In this document: one piece after another, positions 42,668 to 55,335 of the stretch
Layout of the letters: every line of letters starts with the position of its first letter
Numbering within the stretch: position 1 is the first letter of the stretch
Assembly (NCBI GenBank): GCA_977030845.1
Contig: OZ365113.1
Span: forward strand, 20,646,001 to 20,710,000
Reading direction: 5' to 3'
DNA: 64,000 nucleotides
Source: Fimbriosthenelais zetlandica
Taxonomy: Eukaryota
Program-made: the position numbers and the translations under genes
The notes under the pieces: generated by a model
Told to the model about the DNA's origin: nothing
What the model saw: the letters and a program-made list of their open reading frames with translations, nothing else
Database searches by the model: none

Positions 42668-45454
42668 GTTGTCAACTAATGGACATAAATCAGAACATCT
42701 ATAGAACTAGAATCAATGCAATGCATGTTCGGACTTTCACATTTGTGCATGGGGCATTTAAAAACATTTTCACATTTTCGGAATGTGGGGATTTCAAATG
42801 ATATCTTTGAATATTTATGATGATTTTATCCTTTGCATCATGCATGCACATTCCTGGCCATTGATGAGCTCTGTTTCCAGATGAGGCACGAGTCTCTGAC
42901 TGTATCAAGTCCTGTTTGTTGGTTCTAATAGTTGGACACTCCCATTGGTGACTGCTGCTAAACCACTGACCACCTGTCTGCCCAATTATCCTCATTGATT
43001 TCTGCCATCTGATATCATATGCAGTTTGAATTCTTGCCAAACACGCCCACAAGGACTAGGCTGGCAAAATCAAACGACCATAGAGCATAGCTAAAAGAGC
43101 CATATTGTTCATTACTCCATTACAATCCCGACATTAAAGAAGGCCAAGAGCGGCCATTTCCACCAGCAGTGTGTTCCTCTATCATCAGCCTTGTCGGTCT
43201 TCCCTCCTGTGAGAAAATGAATTATTTTCCATTGCTTGTGCAAGTGGTGGAGCATTTGTTGGGATAGGTTAACAAGGAGGTCTGCCCCTTTCTGCTATCT
43301 TCACTGCCCTCTATTGATCAATAAGCCCCAGCATTTGTTTGAACTCTTGCCAGTCAATGGGAATCGGTTAATATTTTACTGATCCGCCGACATGCACTTA
43401 AGGCAGATAGTGAGGCGGACCATGCATTAATGATCACAAGTGTTTAGTGTATACGCCAACCGCATGGCGGTGCCCCATGCTGAGTTGCCACTATGATATG
43501 CCCGCTGGGATTCCTATAGCTCTTCTGCAGATCGCTCACACTCCCTTGCACTGATAGAGAGAGATGGCAGTAATACAGTTATCAATGCATTAAACATGTA
43601 TCTCTTAGTATCTCTTGTTGGATCTCTCGAGTCTTTGTACACAAGATATCCATATATACCCCACTTCCCCTTTTGAATCATTCACATCATCATCCACCTA
43701 CACATTGTATTGCTCTTTGACATGATTTTAACTATAATATTCCCACAATCAGCCACAGTAGTGACTGAAAGATGAATCCCAGCCTAGGTCAACAATTTCA
43801 AGGAAAACAATCAATTCACTGTTCAGAAAAAGTCATAAGGGGGATTAAATGTTAATGGTGTCTTAATTGAGGCGATCAAATCATCTTGTTCTGTGTGACA
43901 TGAATGGATGACATGCATTCATTGCAATTCTGTCAAAGGCGATCCAGTTACCTGCATGGTGTGCTGACCACATTCCCTCAGTTAAGCCAAACAACGATGA
44001 CAAATTGTTAAATCCACAGATTGTAAAATGCGTGCCTCTCTTGCCGGAACCCTAGAAACCCAAGAGCTGTTCAGCAAATTGACTTATCCAACGCCTTGCA
44101 TGTGTGGATCATGAATGCTTAATGATCATTAGAACCAATTAATTGTTGAATGAAATAATTAGCAGATCAAATGGAGACTTAGATTCCTGGTTAGAGACAA
44201 ATGCCTAATATTCATTAGTTTCAAAGAGACATTTTTGTGTCTAGAAATTAAAATCAAGCGCGTTGAGTTCCCCAGAGGACTGATTTACTCCTTACTATTT
44301 TGACTAGACAATTGATGTCCTTCTTACTTTTACCATTGAATTATTAACATAAAAGGTCACATTGGGTGAGATATTGTTATTCTTCGTCGATCATTGTTAT
44401 TCCACTGCATACCATGCGATAATTAGCTTCAACAAGATGTGACAATGGGATCGTGCTAATCCAAACATAGCCCCAACCTTTTTCAATGCATTCTAGCAGA
44501 TACAGATAAGCTTTCATTTGGTTCGTTAATCTGATCTCAGATTAGGTTATCTAACTCTTTAATGATTCAGGTTCACACGACCAGGAACATAATAAATTGA
44601 AGGAGACAGTCGAGATCTAGTTACCTAGGTTATGTTTTCAAGATATGAATTATAACCTATAATTGCCCAGTGCAGTTTCCTGATTGAAGAAATTATAACT
44701 ACGTTTAAATTGATGATTTGCAAGGTAGCAAACATTGATTGATACTATTAGGCTATATTTTATATGGAGTAGCCTGTGGTGAATCATTGGGCATGGATAA
44801 TTCGTCTCATTAAAAAGATCTCCTATAATATTACTCAATTGCAGGTGGCTAAACAGCTGTAGTCATGCCACCTCGAGGCAGGTGGTCACACCACCGCACC
44901 TAAATCACCTGGTCTGGATAAGGTAAGGTCATTAATACTGCTTGACATTATGATGAATAATTATTATGACGAATGCCCCGGGAACATTATTGTTTCCTTA
45001 TTAAATCATCATCCATCAAATCAAAGCTTAGTCTTCCAGTTATCATTATAAACAATACATAATTAAAATTTTATATAAAATATTTTATCATCCAGAAAGA
45101 CATTTCAGAGTTCCCAGCGGTGACGAACCATTGTGTATTTAATATGAATCCAAAAAAGAATGTTATTCGTATGCTTAGAATAACCTCCCTGGACCTTAAC
45201 ATTGATGAGGGGAAGGGGTCAATGGCCAGAGTGGGTTGAGGAGATTTCCTGAAAACGTGCATGCTACCAACTCTCAACCAGTGGGGGGATGTGCCTCTAC
45301 CCTATCATTAACGTTTGCAAACATTAATCAAACACTTGCCACTACAATGACCAGAGTTTTCAGGTGTTATTTGGGCTTGAAAATCGTAAAAAGCCTTCCT
45401 ATCTAATGTCAGGATATTGCTAGCGTATTTTCCATGGTGATTGGTTGCCGCAGT

Positions 45455-45644
45455 ACAGTAAAAGGAATTGATTTTCTCTTTATAATATTATTTTGGGGAT
45501 TTGGCTTCTTTTCAAATTCATGAGCTGGCTTTGAATCTCCGCATTGTAGTACTAAATACATGATTACCTTCTTAGCTAGCAATATTGGTTTCAAAAACTA
45601 TTTTCATTCGAGGTCATTTTTGGATTGAGCCAGTTATTTCCTAT
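45455..45644 (-). mobile_element. Decayed LINE APE endonuclease fragment
   Basis: IGNNWLNPKMTSNENSF*NQYC*LRR resembles the ETWLxxxIxDxE..GY..RRDR motif. It is followed after a frameshift by IIKRKSIPFT, resembling IYVKxSIPF. Confidence 0.35.
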
Positions 45645-47346
45645 CTAGTTCTTATGATTTATTCTTATTTAGGGTGAATGACTGAGCCAGGATAGAGGAA
45701 GCTAACACTCACTGACAGAAACAAAGGTCGAGCAGGAAGTACGGACCTGCAGCAATTCTAATATGAAGGAAGTATGCAGAGCATAGTCATTACATGGTAT
45801 GGTCACGGCAATGCTGGGTTGCATTGAGGATTCAGTGAAAGACATTGTAAAGCCAACATTCCTGTTATCTCAAATCATGGAAGGCCGCGAACTCAAACTC
45901 AAATTAACTTACTAAAATGTCTTTGACAATTGCCATACCAAATTGTTTCACCTCTTTCCATAATGCAATTAAAATGGTTGAAGATCTTGCACTAAAAAGT
46001 TAGTCTGTTCCGTCATTGGGTACATCCATGGAGTTTTCAGTGCACAGGAATAAAAACCGCAATGGAATGCTAATTCAAGTGAATTATTCAGATTTCCGAA
46101 TAAATAATTCACTCAAATTTTGAATGACCATAATGGTGAGAGAAGATATTGCAATGTGAAGGGCTACTCCTGTCCGAGTGGCATCCATCATATTTGACAT
46201 TTCACACGGCCAGTTCCCCCTAATGCCTTACCTTGTCACGACGGCAATCTGGCTTGTCGTCAGCCGCACCCATATACAACCACCTCATACCCCTCCCTCC
46301 TCCTCCACCCCATTGTAAGAAGCAATACACAAGCCAATCACTCACCAAGTCAAGGAATAATGTACTCTTATACACCACATCCAGAAAGCAATCTATATAA
46401 ATCTATTCATTATCTCGCCTCGTGTGAAGGTGCAGAGACTCCAGACAGGAGGGAAACAGCTGCAAGAATGAAAGAATTATCTCCTGAGGTCTGGGAAGAG
46501 AAGGTCTGTGAATAGCATTGTATGAATCCCCCGGTAAAAGCCTTGCTACGGGTCTTTCTTCTGCCTGTCTTTTTAGACAGAATGAGGGATATTGTATGGA
46601 AATTTATCCCACAAATAGTAGAATGATCACAGACAATATGTAACTATGAATTGCATTTATCTGGAACATTCTTGCTCTGTGATAGCCTGAGTCCTCTTTA
46701 GCTGGCCAAAACACCAACAACTTTATAGGACTTAAGGGAGAAGGAAAGAGAATGGGTTGTTTTTTCCCCATAAGAAAACTTTAAAGCCAAGTCATTTTTT
46801 TTCGTTTAAGGGGAATAATCTTTCATGGGAGTTTCACCATGCGATTAGGAAGTGTTCAGTCTGATCAGTAGGCATATGTGTCGTCCATCTCTTTGTATCT
46901 TGTTAGTCACATAGATCTATAACATTTTTTGGATCTATTCAATCTGCCAAATAGGAAAATGGATGAGGTATAACTGTTTGGCAATTATCATTCAACCACA
47001 ACTATTACGATAAAGCCTGTCTCATTCATTAATGCATCATAGCATAGACATAGACACAATTAGATAAGACCATCACCATTTGCAGAAGGTTACTTCCGGT
47101 TCCCAGTTCAGCTTCAAAACGAATCTCTTTAAAAAAAAACGCATGCAAGATGTCTAAATAGGGATTATCTAGTGGCTTTGGATGATGGCCAATCTGATCT
47201 CAACACTGAATGATTTCTAGAAAACATGTAGGATATAGACACATGGCTAAGGGAGATGGTCATGAAGTTTGACAGCGGAAGTGGAGGGAGCAAGGATGGG
47301 GGTCAGGCGGGAGAGGTTTAGGAGGAAAGTGGACTTCATTGAGGAT

Positions 47347-47382
47347 GGGTGGATGGGTGGGTGGGTGGGTAGGTGGGTGGGT
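47347..47382 (+). repeat. (GGGT)n/(GGAT)n microsatellite, G-quadruplex-capable
   Basis: Contains a perfect GGGTGGGTGGGTGGGT at 47355-47370. Confidence 0.85.
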
Positions 47383-48325
47383 AGCTACATAGGCAGGCTG
47401 TAGTCTGATGCCTGACAAGATCCAACCTGATCCATGATACATGTTTCCGTGTCAGTGTCGGGTGGTAGAAGTCCACTGTGAAAGGTGGGTCTTGTCTCCC
47501 TTTAACCTAGTTAGAAGGTAGTGTTACTTCATTCCATACATAATAAAAGGTCACATTACTGCTGCTGGGATTCACCCATTAATAATAGTCTATAACCATC
47601 ACGGTTCACTTCCCTCCCAATACACATGCACTGGGCACACGTAAGGCCTTCATCAAGCCTGATATAAATATTGTACGTATCATGATGGAAATTAGCTCAT
47701 ATTAGCTAGTGTTCTGATAGTTTACAATTAAATTATTTTACCTGGTATTGATTTTCTTTATATGTCAAGATCCTTTGTACATATTCAGGTACAGTATTTC
47801 AGATATCTCAACTTGCCCATTTATAAGCCGACGCCTTACTTGCAGAGTATAATACACTCTGAAAATCATTAGTTATATTCTCCTAAACCTCATATTCCGC
47901 CAAATCAGCCTGCTTGAATTGCAAATCTGCAAAGCCATGCAAGAGGAGATCATCCCCCTTTCATCTCTGATGAAATCCACCTCCATGTTTAATTCATTTT
48001 GACTCAGTTTCACATCTAATACACAGTTGAGTGTCCTCCCTTGGAGGCAACATCAGAATTTGATAAACTCGAAGCAATTTAGGAGAACTCAAAGAGACAA
48101 AAACCTATTCTCCTTGATTTGTCTGACCTTAAAGACATTATGGCTGGGTTCTTAATCCACTATGCTCCGACACACAGATAGCAGACACCCCCCAAGTTTA
48201 ATCCAATAATAACAATAGAGAAAGAATCTTCAATTATCTCTGGCAATACAGGGGATGGAGTCAGTGGGTGTGGTTTTAAATCCTCTCTCAATGGAGACTC
48301 CTCTTAAGGCAAAGCTTGCCTGCAA

Positions 48326-48420
48326 CAGGATACAAATAGCGTAGGTGATATACTTATTTATGTCCGCAATTCAATCAGAAACAGCTGGAGATATAGCAAT
48401 TTAATAATGGCGACTGGCTG
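48326..48420 (+). mobile_element. Decayed LINE APE endonuclease fragment
   Basis: QDTNSVGDILIYVRNSI resembles RxDRxxxGGGVxIYVRxxI. Confidence 0.25.
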
Positions 48421-50169
48421 TTGTAATGATTGGGAGACGTGGCTTTTCTGCTCTGCTTATCAAAGGGTGCTGCACCTCATTTCAATTGGTAATTGTGTAA
48501 ACTTTCAGTACTTTCTAACTTAAGAAGGCAAGGGAGTGGCTGAAGGTTTTCCAAGTTTAAAAGGTCAATATCGAATTTTAGCAGTAGGATTATGATATCA
48601 AGGCTATATGCCTTTGCTATTCTAATCTATGCATACGAGGACATTGTAGCCTTTTTCTCAAATATTGACCTTTAATATTAACAACACTAGCCTTTTCTTG
48701 TTAACCCTTAAAACATCAACCAGGACGTCTTCAAGGGAATTAGTGCTTAACTACAAGGAACATGTGATATTTCCACTGAGATAAAGACCCACAATTTCCG
48801 GTTCTGCAGGACAATCAGAGATTATCATGCATTATTGTTACTATTTCTACATAAACACTGGATTATTGGGAGTGTTCACTAAGACAGCTAGCGACTGCTG
48901 AGCATCCATTCACTTGACGCAATCTCCCAGTGGGCATTAAATAATAAATACAAGGCATTGTCTCAATTAGCAAGAATGGCGTGTCAAGCCATCTCTGTTC
49001 TGCTCATGCACAGCACACATCTAAAATACCAAACCGAGCCTTATTATTACAGCTTGTCATAGATCAGCTCAAGTTGAATTTAACTTCCATTTATTTGGCA
49101 TCACTCAAACCATCTGTGTCAGTTGGTAGGACAAAAATGTTTCAGTTCAGGAATACTGAATCCCAAATGGCTTTCTAAACACTGCTCGTCTGATAATGAA
49201 TAGGGTGACATCCTGTTGTTTTAATGAACTGAATAGAGAATATCTTGCTTCCTAAAGCACATTCTTAGGGACAGGTTAAAAAATGTTATTGCATGTTACA
49301 TAATTGATTCCATATGACGAGTGACAAGTGAAATGTGGGCAAGTGATAGGTCCAGGGAGGGTCATTGTCTTGAGTTCGATCCTCTAAATCTGCTTGATCA
49401 TCAATTATGGGGAGACTTTATATTGAGATAAGCAGACAGCTATAATAGTAATGTTAAATCACAGGAAATTTTACAACATGAGTCCACTTCATGGACTAAA
49501 CTTGTGAAGCATAAACAGCATGAACGGTGCATTATAGATAATATCCAATATGCCATTGATACGGCTACAATATCATAGGCAGGAAACAAGTTATAACCAC
49601 CATGTTGGAAACAACTAGGTTGGAACCGAAATTTAATGATATTTCCCAAAAAGAGACCAAAGTTTTGTTGTTAGTTGCAACGCATAATTCAGTTGACATT
49701 ATTTGTTTTTTACTCTCATATCGAGAAATCATCAAAGAATTTTATGTTTGAAGGTTAGCTTATCGTTCACATCCGTGGCTGGACAAGTCTGATCATATTC
49801 AGGTGACTTTTTTAACACTATACTTATGGCCTTGAATGCCAAAATTAGTAGCAGAGATTCAATCTGAAAGTTCTGTTCTTGTCTTTAGAGACGATGAATA
49901 AGATTTTAAGGACTACCTTTCAATATTATTCTATTTTAAACAATGCAGAAAGATCTGTATTGTTGAGGCAGTTATAAAAACCGTTTGTCCTCCACAATAT
50001 TGCAATTTCTCATCCTATGTCATAAAATGACAGATTATGGAGCACATAAGTCAACAAATTCATGTCCTTGAGATTTGAAATTCTCTCCCACTGAAAATCA
50101 ATCAGAGTGCAATGCATGTAACTGATACTTGACTTGTCAGCTTTCCGAACTGACAGAGATGAAGTTCAA

Positions 50170-50560
50170 CCTGAATGTTCAAAGGATCTAGCTTCGGGAT
50201 TTGTATCAATCTTCAAACCCGATACAGGCACTAAACGTTTGTGACCCGAGAAATCAATACATTGATAGGAGAAATATTGCATTTCCTTTCTATTTATGAA
50301 CGATAATGCGTAGAATGCGAAGAAAAACCATACAATCATAACCTTAAATACTTTGGTATAAGTTTCCCAAACGGCACGCAGAAATAAGCCAACCCTACAT
50401 ATTGAACATGGAGATTTTATGAAGCTGAGAACGGTGAAAGGCCTAGCATGAGATAAATAAACTAACCTTTGATCTCCACTAATGAATGAATAACAACAAA
50501 ACACTATTTCTATAATGGTGCTGCTTAGCCTCTGGCATACATTGGTAGCCATATTCATTC
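50170..50560 (+). mobile_element. Decayed LINE RT N-terminal fragment
   Basis: One frame with many stops carries PECSKDLASGFVSIF, KNHTIITLNTL, EHGDFMKLRT and VAIFI. These loosely match KECAxxLAxxLxxIF, NYRPISLL, QxGFRxxRST and AIFLD in the correct order, but the spacing fits only approximately. Confidence 0.25.
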
Positions 50561-53500
50561 CACTCCCCCAAAACGTAACATTCATTTATGATCGCAGTTT
50601 GTTTATGTGTTGTTGCATTACAAAGGAAGGTCATAACCTCACTATAGGAAATGCATGTAGAGGGTTTATGTCCTCTTGTACAGACTGACTTTCTATTAAG
50701 GGTTATTGATTAACATTATTACATACATTGGATAATGGACGGGTTGATGGACACAGTACATAATAGGTTCATATATTGCCATGTAAGTGTGTGACGAACA
50801 GGGAATTCTGCCAAATCTTTTTTTTCTGTTTTAAGTGGGACTCCTTAAAACGAACAGTGGATATAGAAGGCAGTGCAAGTCATTACATTACTATACATGT
50901 AATTTAGTGGTTCAGAAGCTTTCAGAAGCAGAAGTTAGCGGAGTGATAATTTCAGTCCTTTCTTGCGGATAGAATGTTATTTTCTGGACTGGGCTATATT
51001 CCATCCTCAAACATGACCTATAGGCTTGAGGCTTAAGAAAGAAGCCCCCAGACAGATGCTTCTTGGATTTTAATGGAACCCTCTCCTGAAAATCGTTACA
51101 CACACTATAAGAAGTAGCTCAAGATGAGTAACTGTTATAGGACCTTATAGGGACGTGATATTCGTACGAATTTCTTTGGCATGTTTTACGAGGCCAGACA
51201 GAATAATAATTATTATGATTATTCATAATTTTTAAAGGTAAGTTCATAATTCAGAAAGACCTACGTTGAGACAAGAAATATGACAGACTGTTGGCAATTG
51301 GACATCTGAAATCCATACTCCATTCGCCTGAAATGGAATCTGAAATGAAATTTGATCTCTCGTACTTCCCTTAAAGCCTCCCACGAAGGCAACCTTGGGC
51401 CATACACCAGTTCAATCTCGTTTTCCAGAAAATGTTGTTAAAGGCAGTAAACCTTCAGATCTGTATTATTTCACTGCTGTTTATAATCAGAATTAGTCTG
51501 GCTTCAGAGGTTTAATGACTTCTTCATTATTCTGAGATGTGACCTACATAATTTAACTTATATATATTGCTTCTATCGTCACTGTCACAGCCACAATTTG
51601 TAAATGATTGCAATGAGGTCAGTTTACACGTTAAACAGTGAATGTTCCCTGACGATAAATGCTTTCTGTACACCAACGTCAATGATCATTCTGTGTAAGC
51701 TAATACTTGAAAATCAAGTTTAAGCATCTGATTAAAGGGCGAAAGACCTGGAGGTTAATTGCATTTCTTACCAAGATTAAGACAAAACTCAATTAAAGTA
51801 TTTGAACAAAAGCAGCAAGAAGCTGCTCTGGCTTGATCAGGTAACATCTTTGGCCAAAACATCAGGCATTCTATTGATATAGATTTTTTGTGTGTTTTAA
51901 TTATTCATTCATCACATGTCTGCATCTCAAGCTTGATTAGGGGGAGAGATGTCTGGCATTTTCACAAGATCAGGGAGTCAAAATTGTTAATTAAATGAAT
52001 GTCCACTTAAGAACTAATTGTAAGGAATAGGACAGACTATAAGGTGGAGATCTATATATAGATAGGTTTAGATAATTGGAGTGTAGAATCATCAGTGGAT
52101 CCCCCTCATTACCTCATCAACTATTTCCCTACTGGCTTGGGCAGAGTGACTAAATCAGGCCCAGTAATTGTCATTACAATTTAACAGCAATGTTCACATG
52201 TATAGCTCGAGAGATGAAACGAAAAAGTGATGGAAGAAACAAAGGATAAGGTCATGTACAAATCTAATCATAGCAAGAATGTCAGTACAAAAACGGTCCA
52301 TCAGAAAAACCCCATGTAAGACATATTATATGATATGGTCGTCGGGTTTCTTGTATGAATGTCAGAAGCAGTTTTTTCTTCTTTTCACCAATTAGACACA
52401 TAATGTTTCTTTATAAAGCAAACAACCTACGAGGACAAATACATGACACCAAGCCATATTGTTTTACGCATATTGCAATCAAAACGCTGGCACTGATATT
52501 GGTCTACTTTGGCGGCTCTCATGCAAGTTTTGCCCCGAGGGGCTTGCTGAAGCTGGAAACGGATAAGTCATGCATGAGCTGAGCACTGCCTACAAAAGCT
52601 GTGCTTTACATTGCTCCCCATGGAGGTTCACATCGCCCCTCGTAAACAAGGCTTTGTTTTGTTATAGATGGCTAATATTTTCACTCAGCACTAAGGGGAA
52701 ATATATATGTTTGTATATAAATAGATATGCTTGGATTTGGATTCATTTGGATTTGATCAATTCATTTTGTAGATAAGCAAACTGAGCAGTTTGGCTCTTT
52801 TTAGGGGGAAGAGTTTGTAAGGGTCGGTTTCAATTGTTGGCATAGGCAGGGTGGTAATGACCAATTATAACAAGGTGCCATGCATGTTAATGCATGATGG
52901 TGTATGTACAATCCCTATGCATTATCCTCTCATCAGCTTCCTTTGACTCACTGTTGCACTCAGCGTTTAATCTCAATGTACACTTACGGCATCATCTGAA
53001 AGCCACCCCTTCTGTGGCATACTTTCTCTTTGAAAACCTGCATCCTTTGATGCATATTAATGGTTATGCTAATGTAAAGCTTATATTATGACGAATTGTA
53101 TCACTGTGCCTGCAGCATTGCTCATGCCATATAATTTCCTGCGTTGAGGGGTATGTTAACGTTGAGATTCAGCAGCTGTGAAATACTTAAAAGAATGTTG
53201 CGAGATGCGGCAACCCAGCGGCAACTTGTAGACGAACTCCAAAATTTAGCCGAATGAAATCCATCAGGAATATTTCTCCCATATCATATGGAATTCCACC
53301 CATTCTCCGTATATAAATATGGCCAATATCAGCTAATATAGATACTGGAGTGTACGAGTGAAGCCGTGGTGGAATTGCAAAGGTTTGACATGCTCCCTAA
53401 CGGGATCGATATTCCCTTAATACAATTACTTTAAGCCACCTTGTTAAGTATGATCTGATATGTGAGGTAGCATCGCCTCGATATGATCGATGTTCAAACA

Positions 53501-54460
53501 GTTGTGCGGCAGTTTGATCGCACGAGGTGGAAAATCCAATCAGACATCTAAAGGCCCTAGAGCTCTAGGTGGCGCACTTGCCAAATGCAACAAGCTTTTA
53601 AGGCGAGCCAACTGGTAAAGCCAACAGAGGCTTGCTAAAGACCTGCAGGACTGGGTCCAGGGCTCTTTTACCAAACCAGCAGTCATGCTAGTCTGTGGGT
53701 GATATTACGGGTATGTGCCACTACAACACCACTGCGCGTATTAAGGTCGTGGGCTTGTAGAGGCTAGGAGTCAGTCAGGACTTTTTGCCTCATGCTGGGA
53801 ATAGAATATTCATGTTGTCTGATCTAAGTCTTCAACAACCTCAACTCATGCATCACTACCCCCAGGGCAGGCACTCAGAACCAAAGTGGGGACCTATGTT
53901 CGATCTTCTCATTTTCAAGGAGAAGGGGTTTCTCGACGTTCTCGTGCCAAATGCAAGGAGAGAAATAAGGGTTTTAATTTTTCAAAAATACGGAAAAGTA
54001 TTGATGACCTGTTAAAAAATGTTCCTGAACTATTTTCTTTTAATTTATACCAATAATTCAATGAAAAGTGTTCCAGATATAAAGTGATTCTGACTGATTA
54101 CCAGGTAAATAGGATTTATTACTGCTAAATTTATTGTCAATTGCTATAAAAGCACAGTGCTGTGGCTTATAACTTTGTGTGATTGGACTTGATCTGCCAA
54201 TTTCACAACACGCGATATAATGTGGGGACAATGCTACAGTTTCTCCTGACAGAATCAGTAAATAGCAAATCATTCCTGGTTGTCTCAGCATAATCTAATA
54301 TTACTGCAGCAGTTCAAGCAGCATGCATGTGAGATTTAAACATTATCCAGCTTGAATTAAGTGAAGAGCTATATATATTGTGACTTAATTCATTAATTTT
54401 ATCAACATAAGCTAAATTATTTATTCCATGTTCATGATAACACAAGACTTTGGCTAAGCT

Positions 54461-54480
54461 CCCGATTTGCCCCGATTTGC
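54461..54480. repeat. Exact tandem CCCGATTTGC x2; probable fragment of the same family as the 26.5-kb element
   Basis: Its reverse complement GCAAATCGGGGCAAATCGGG parallels GCAAAATCGGGATGAAAATCGGG at 26532-26554. Confidence 0.4.
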
Positions 54481-55311
54481 TACAACCCCTGGATGATCAA
54501 ACAGTTCAGATTTGATTTATTACCTTCTTTTTCAGCCACCAAATTTCCGATCACACGATTATAACGAAGCTAATTGAACACGGGGGAGGATAGCTCTTGT
54601 TTAGAGGCTTACCACTCTTGAGAGCTTCCTCGTTTATGACATAGCCAAAATCTATATACAGACACGTGGGACTCTAAGAAGGAATGCCTTTATCATTTTG
54701 GCAATGTGCCATGGGGCTTAAGTGTAGTAAGGAGAAAAAGAGGCTACATCCTGAATGAAAAAGAACGTTATGCCTGATCATATTTCACCTTTCTCCTACT
54801 GCTCAGGTAGAAATATAAGCTATGTTCTATACATATACTACTAGGACTTCGATAATACGTCATCCAACCAAACTTTTAGAATCCATCCCGCATGTCTTGA
54901 GTGAAATTGAATTTAAGACTTCAGATAAAGACGCCAAATGTGATTAACTATGGACTAAACTAGCCATATGAATAGGTCCTGCATTGCGTGAAGAAAGAGC
55001 TAATCTCTGAATAAGTTTCCGCCCTAGGGCATAATCAAATTCAAGAACTGGAAAAGGCAATAGCTGTAGTTTCCATAGCTGTGTTTACACGCATGGAATT
55101 CCCTAGAGGCAGACTCGGAAAAGAGCTCGCACCAAGGGGACCTTCAATCTACCACGGAATGATACATTGTATTTGGGGGGAACTGTACATTTCCAGTTTA
55201 CGGAATATTAAAAGAATCCTAAATGCAAGGTTTTAAGTAACTTTCCTGTATATGACATAACTGATTTCACTAATAATTTAAGTCACCTGCTGTTTTAGTA
55301 ATGAGAAATCA

Positions 55312-55335
55312 CTCGCCAAACCGGTCCCGCTCGCC
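55312..55335. repeat. Fragment sharing sub-motifs with the 60.3-kb MITE
   Basis: CTCGCCAAA and CCGCTCGC both also occur at 60455-60480. Confidence 0.3.

Noticed and set aside
53311-53375. Second Ig motif DTGVYE* on the plus strand
   Set aside because: The Cys is replaced by a stop and needs a 2-nt insertion to restore. There is an upstream stop, wrong LxI spacing, and no first Cys or Trp.
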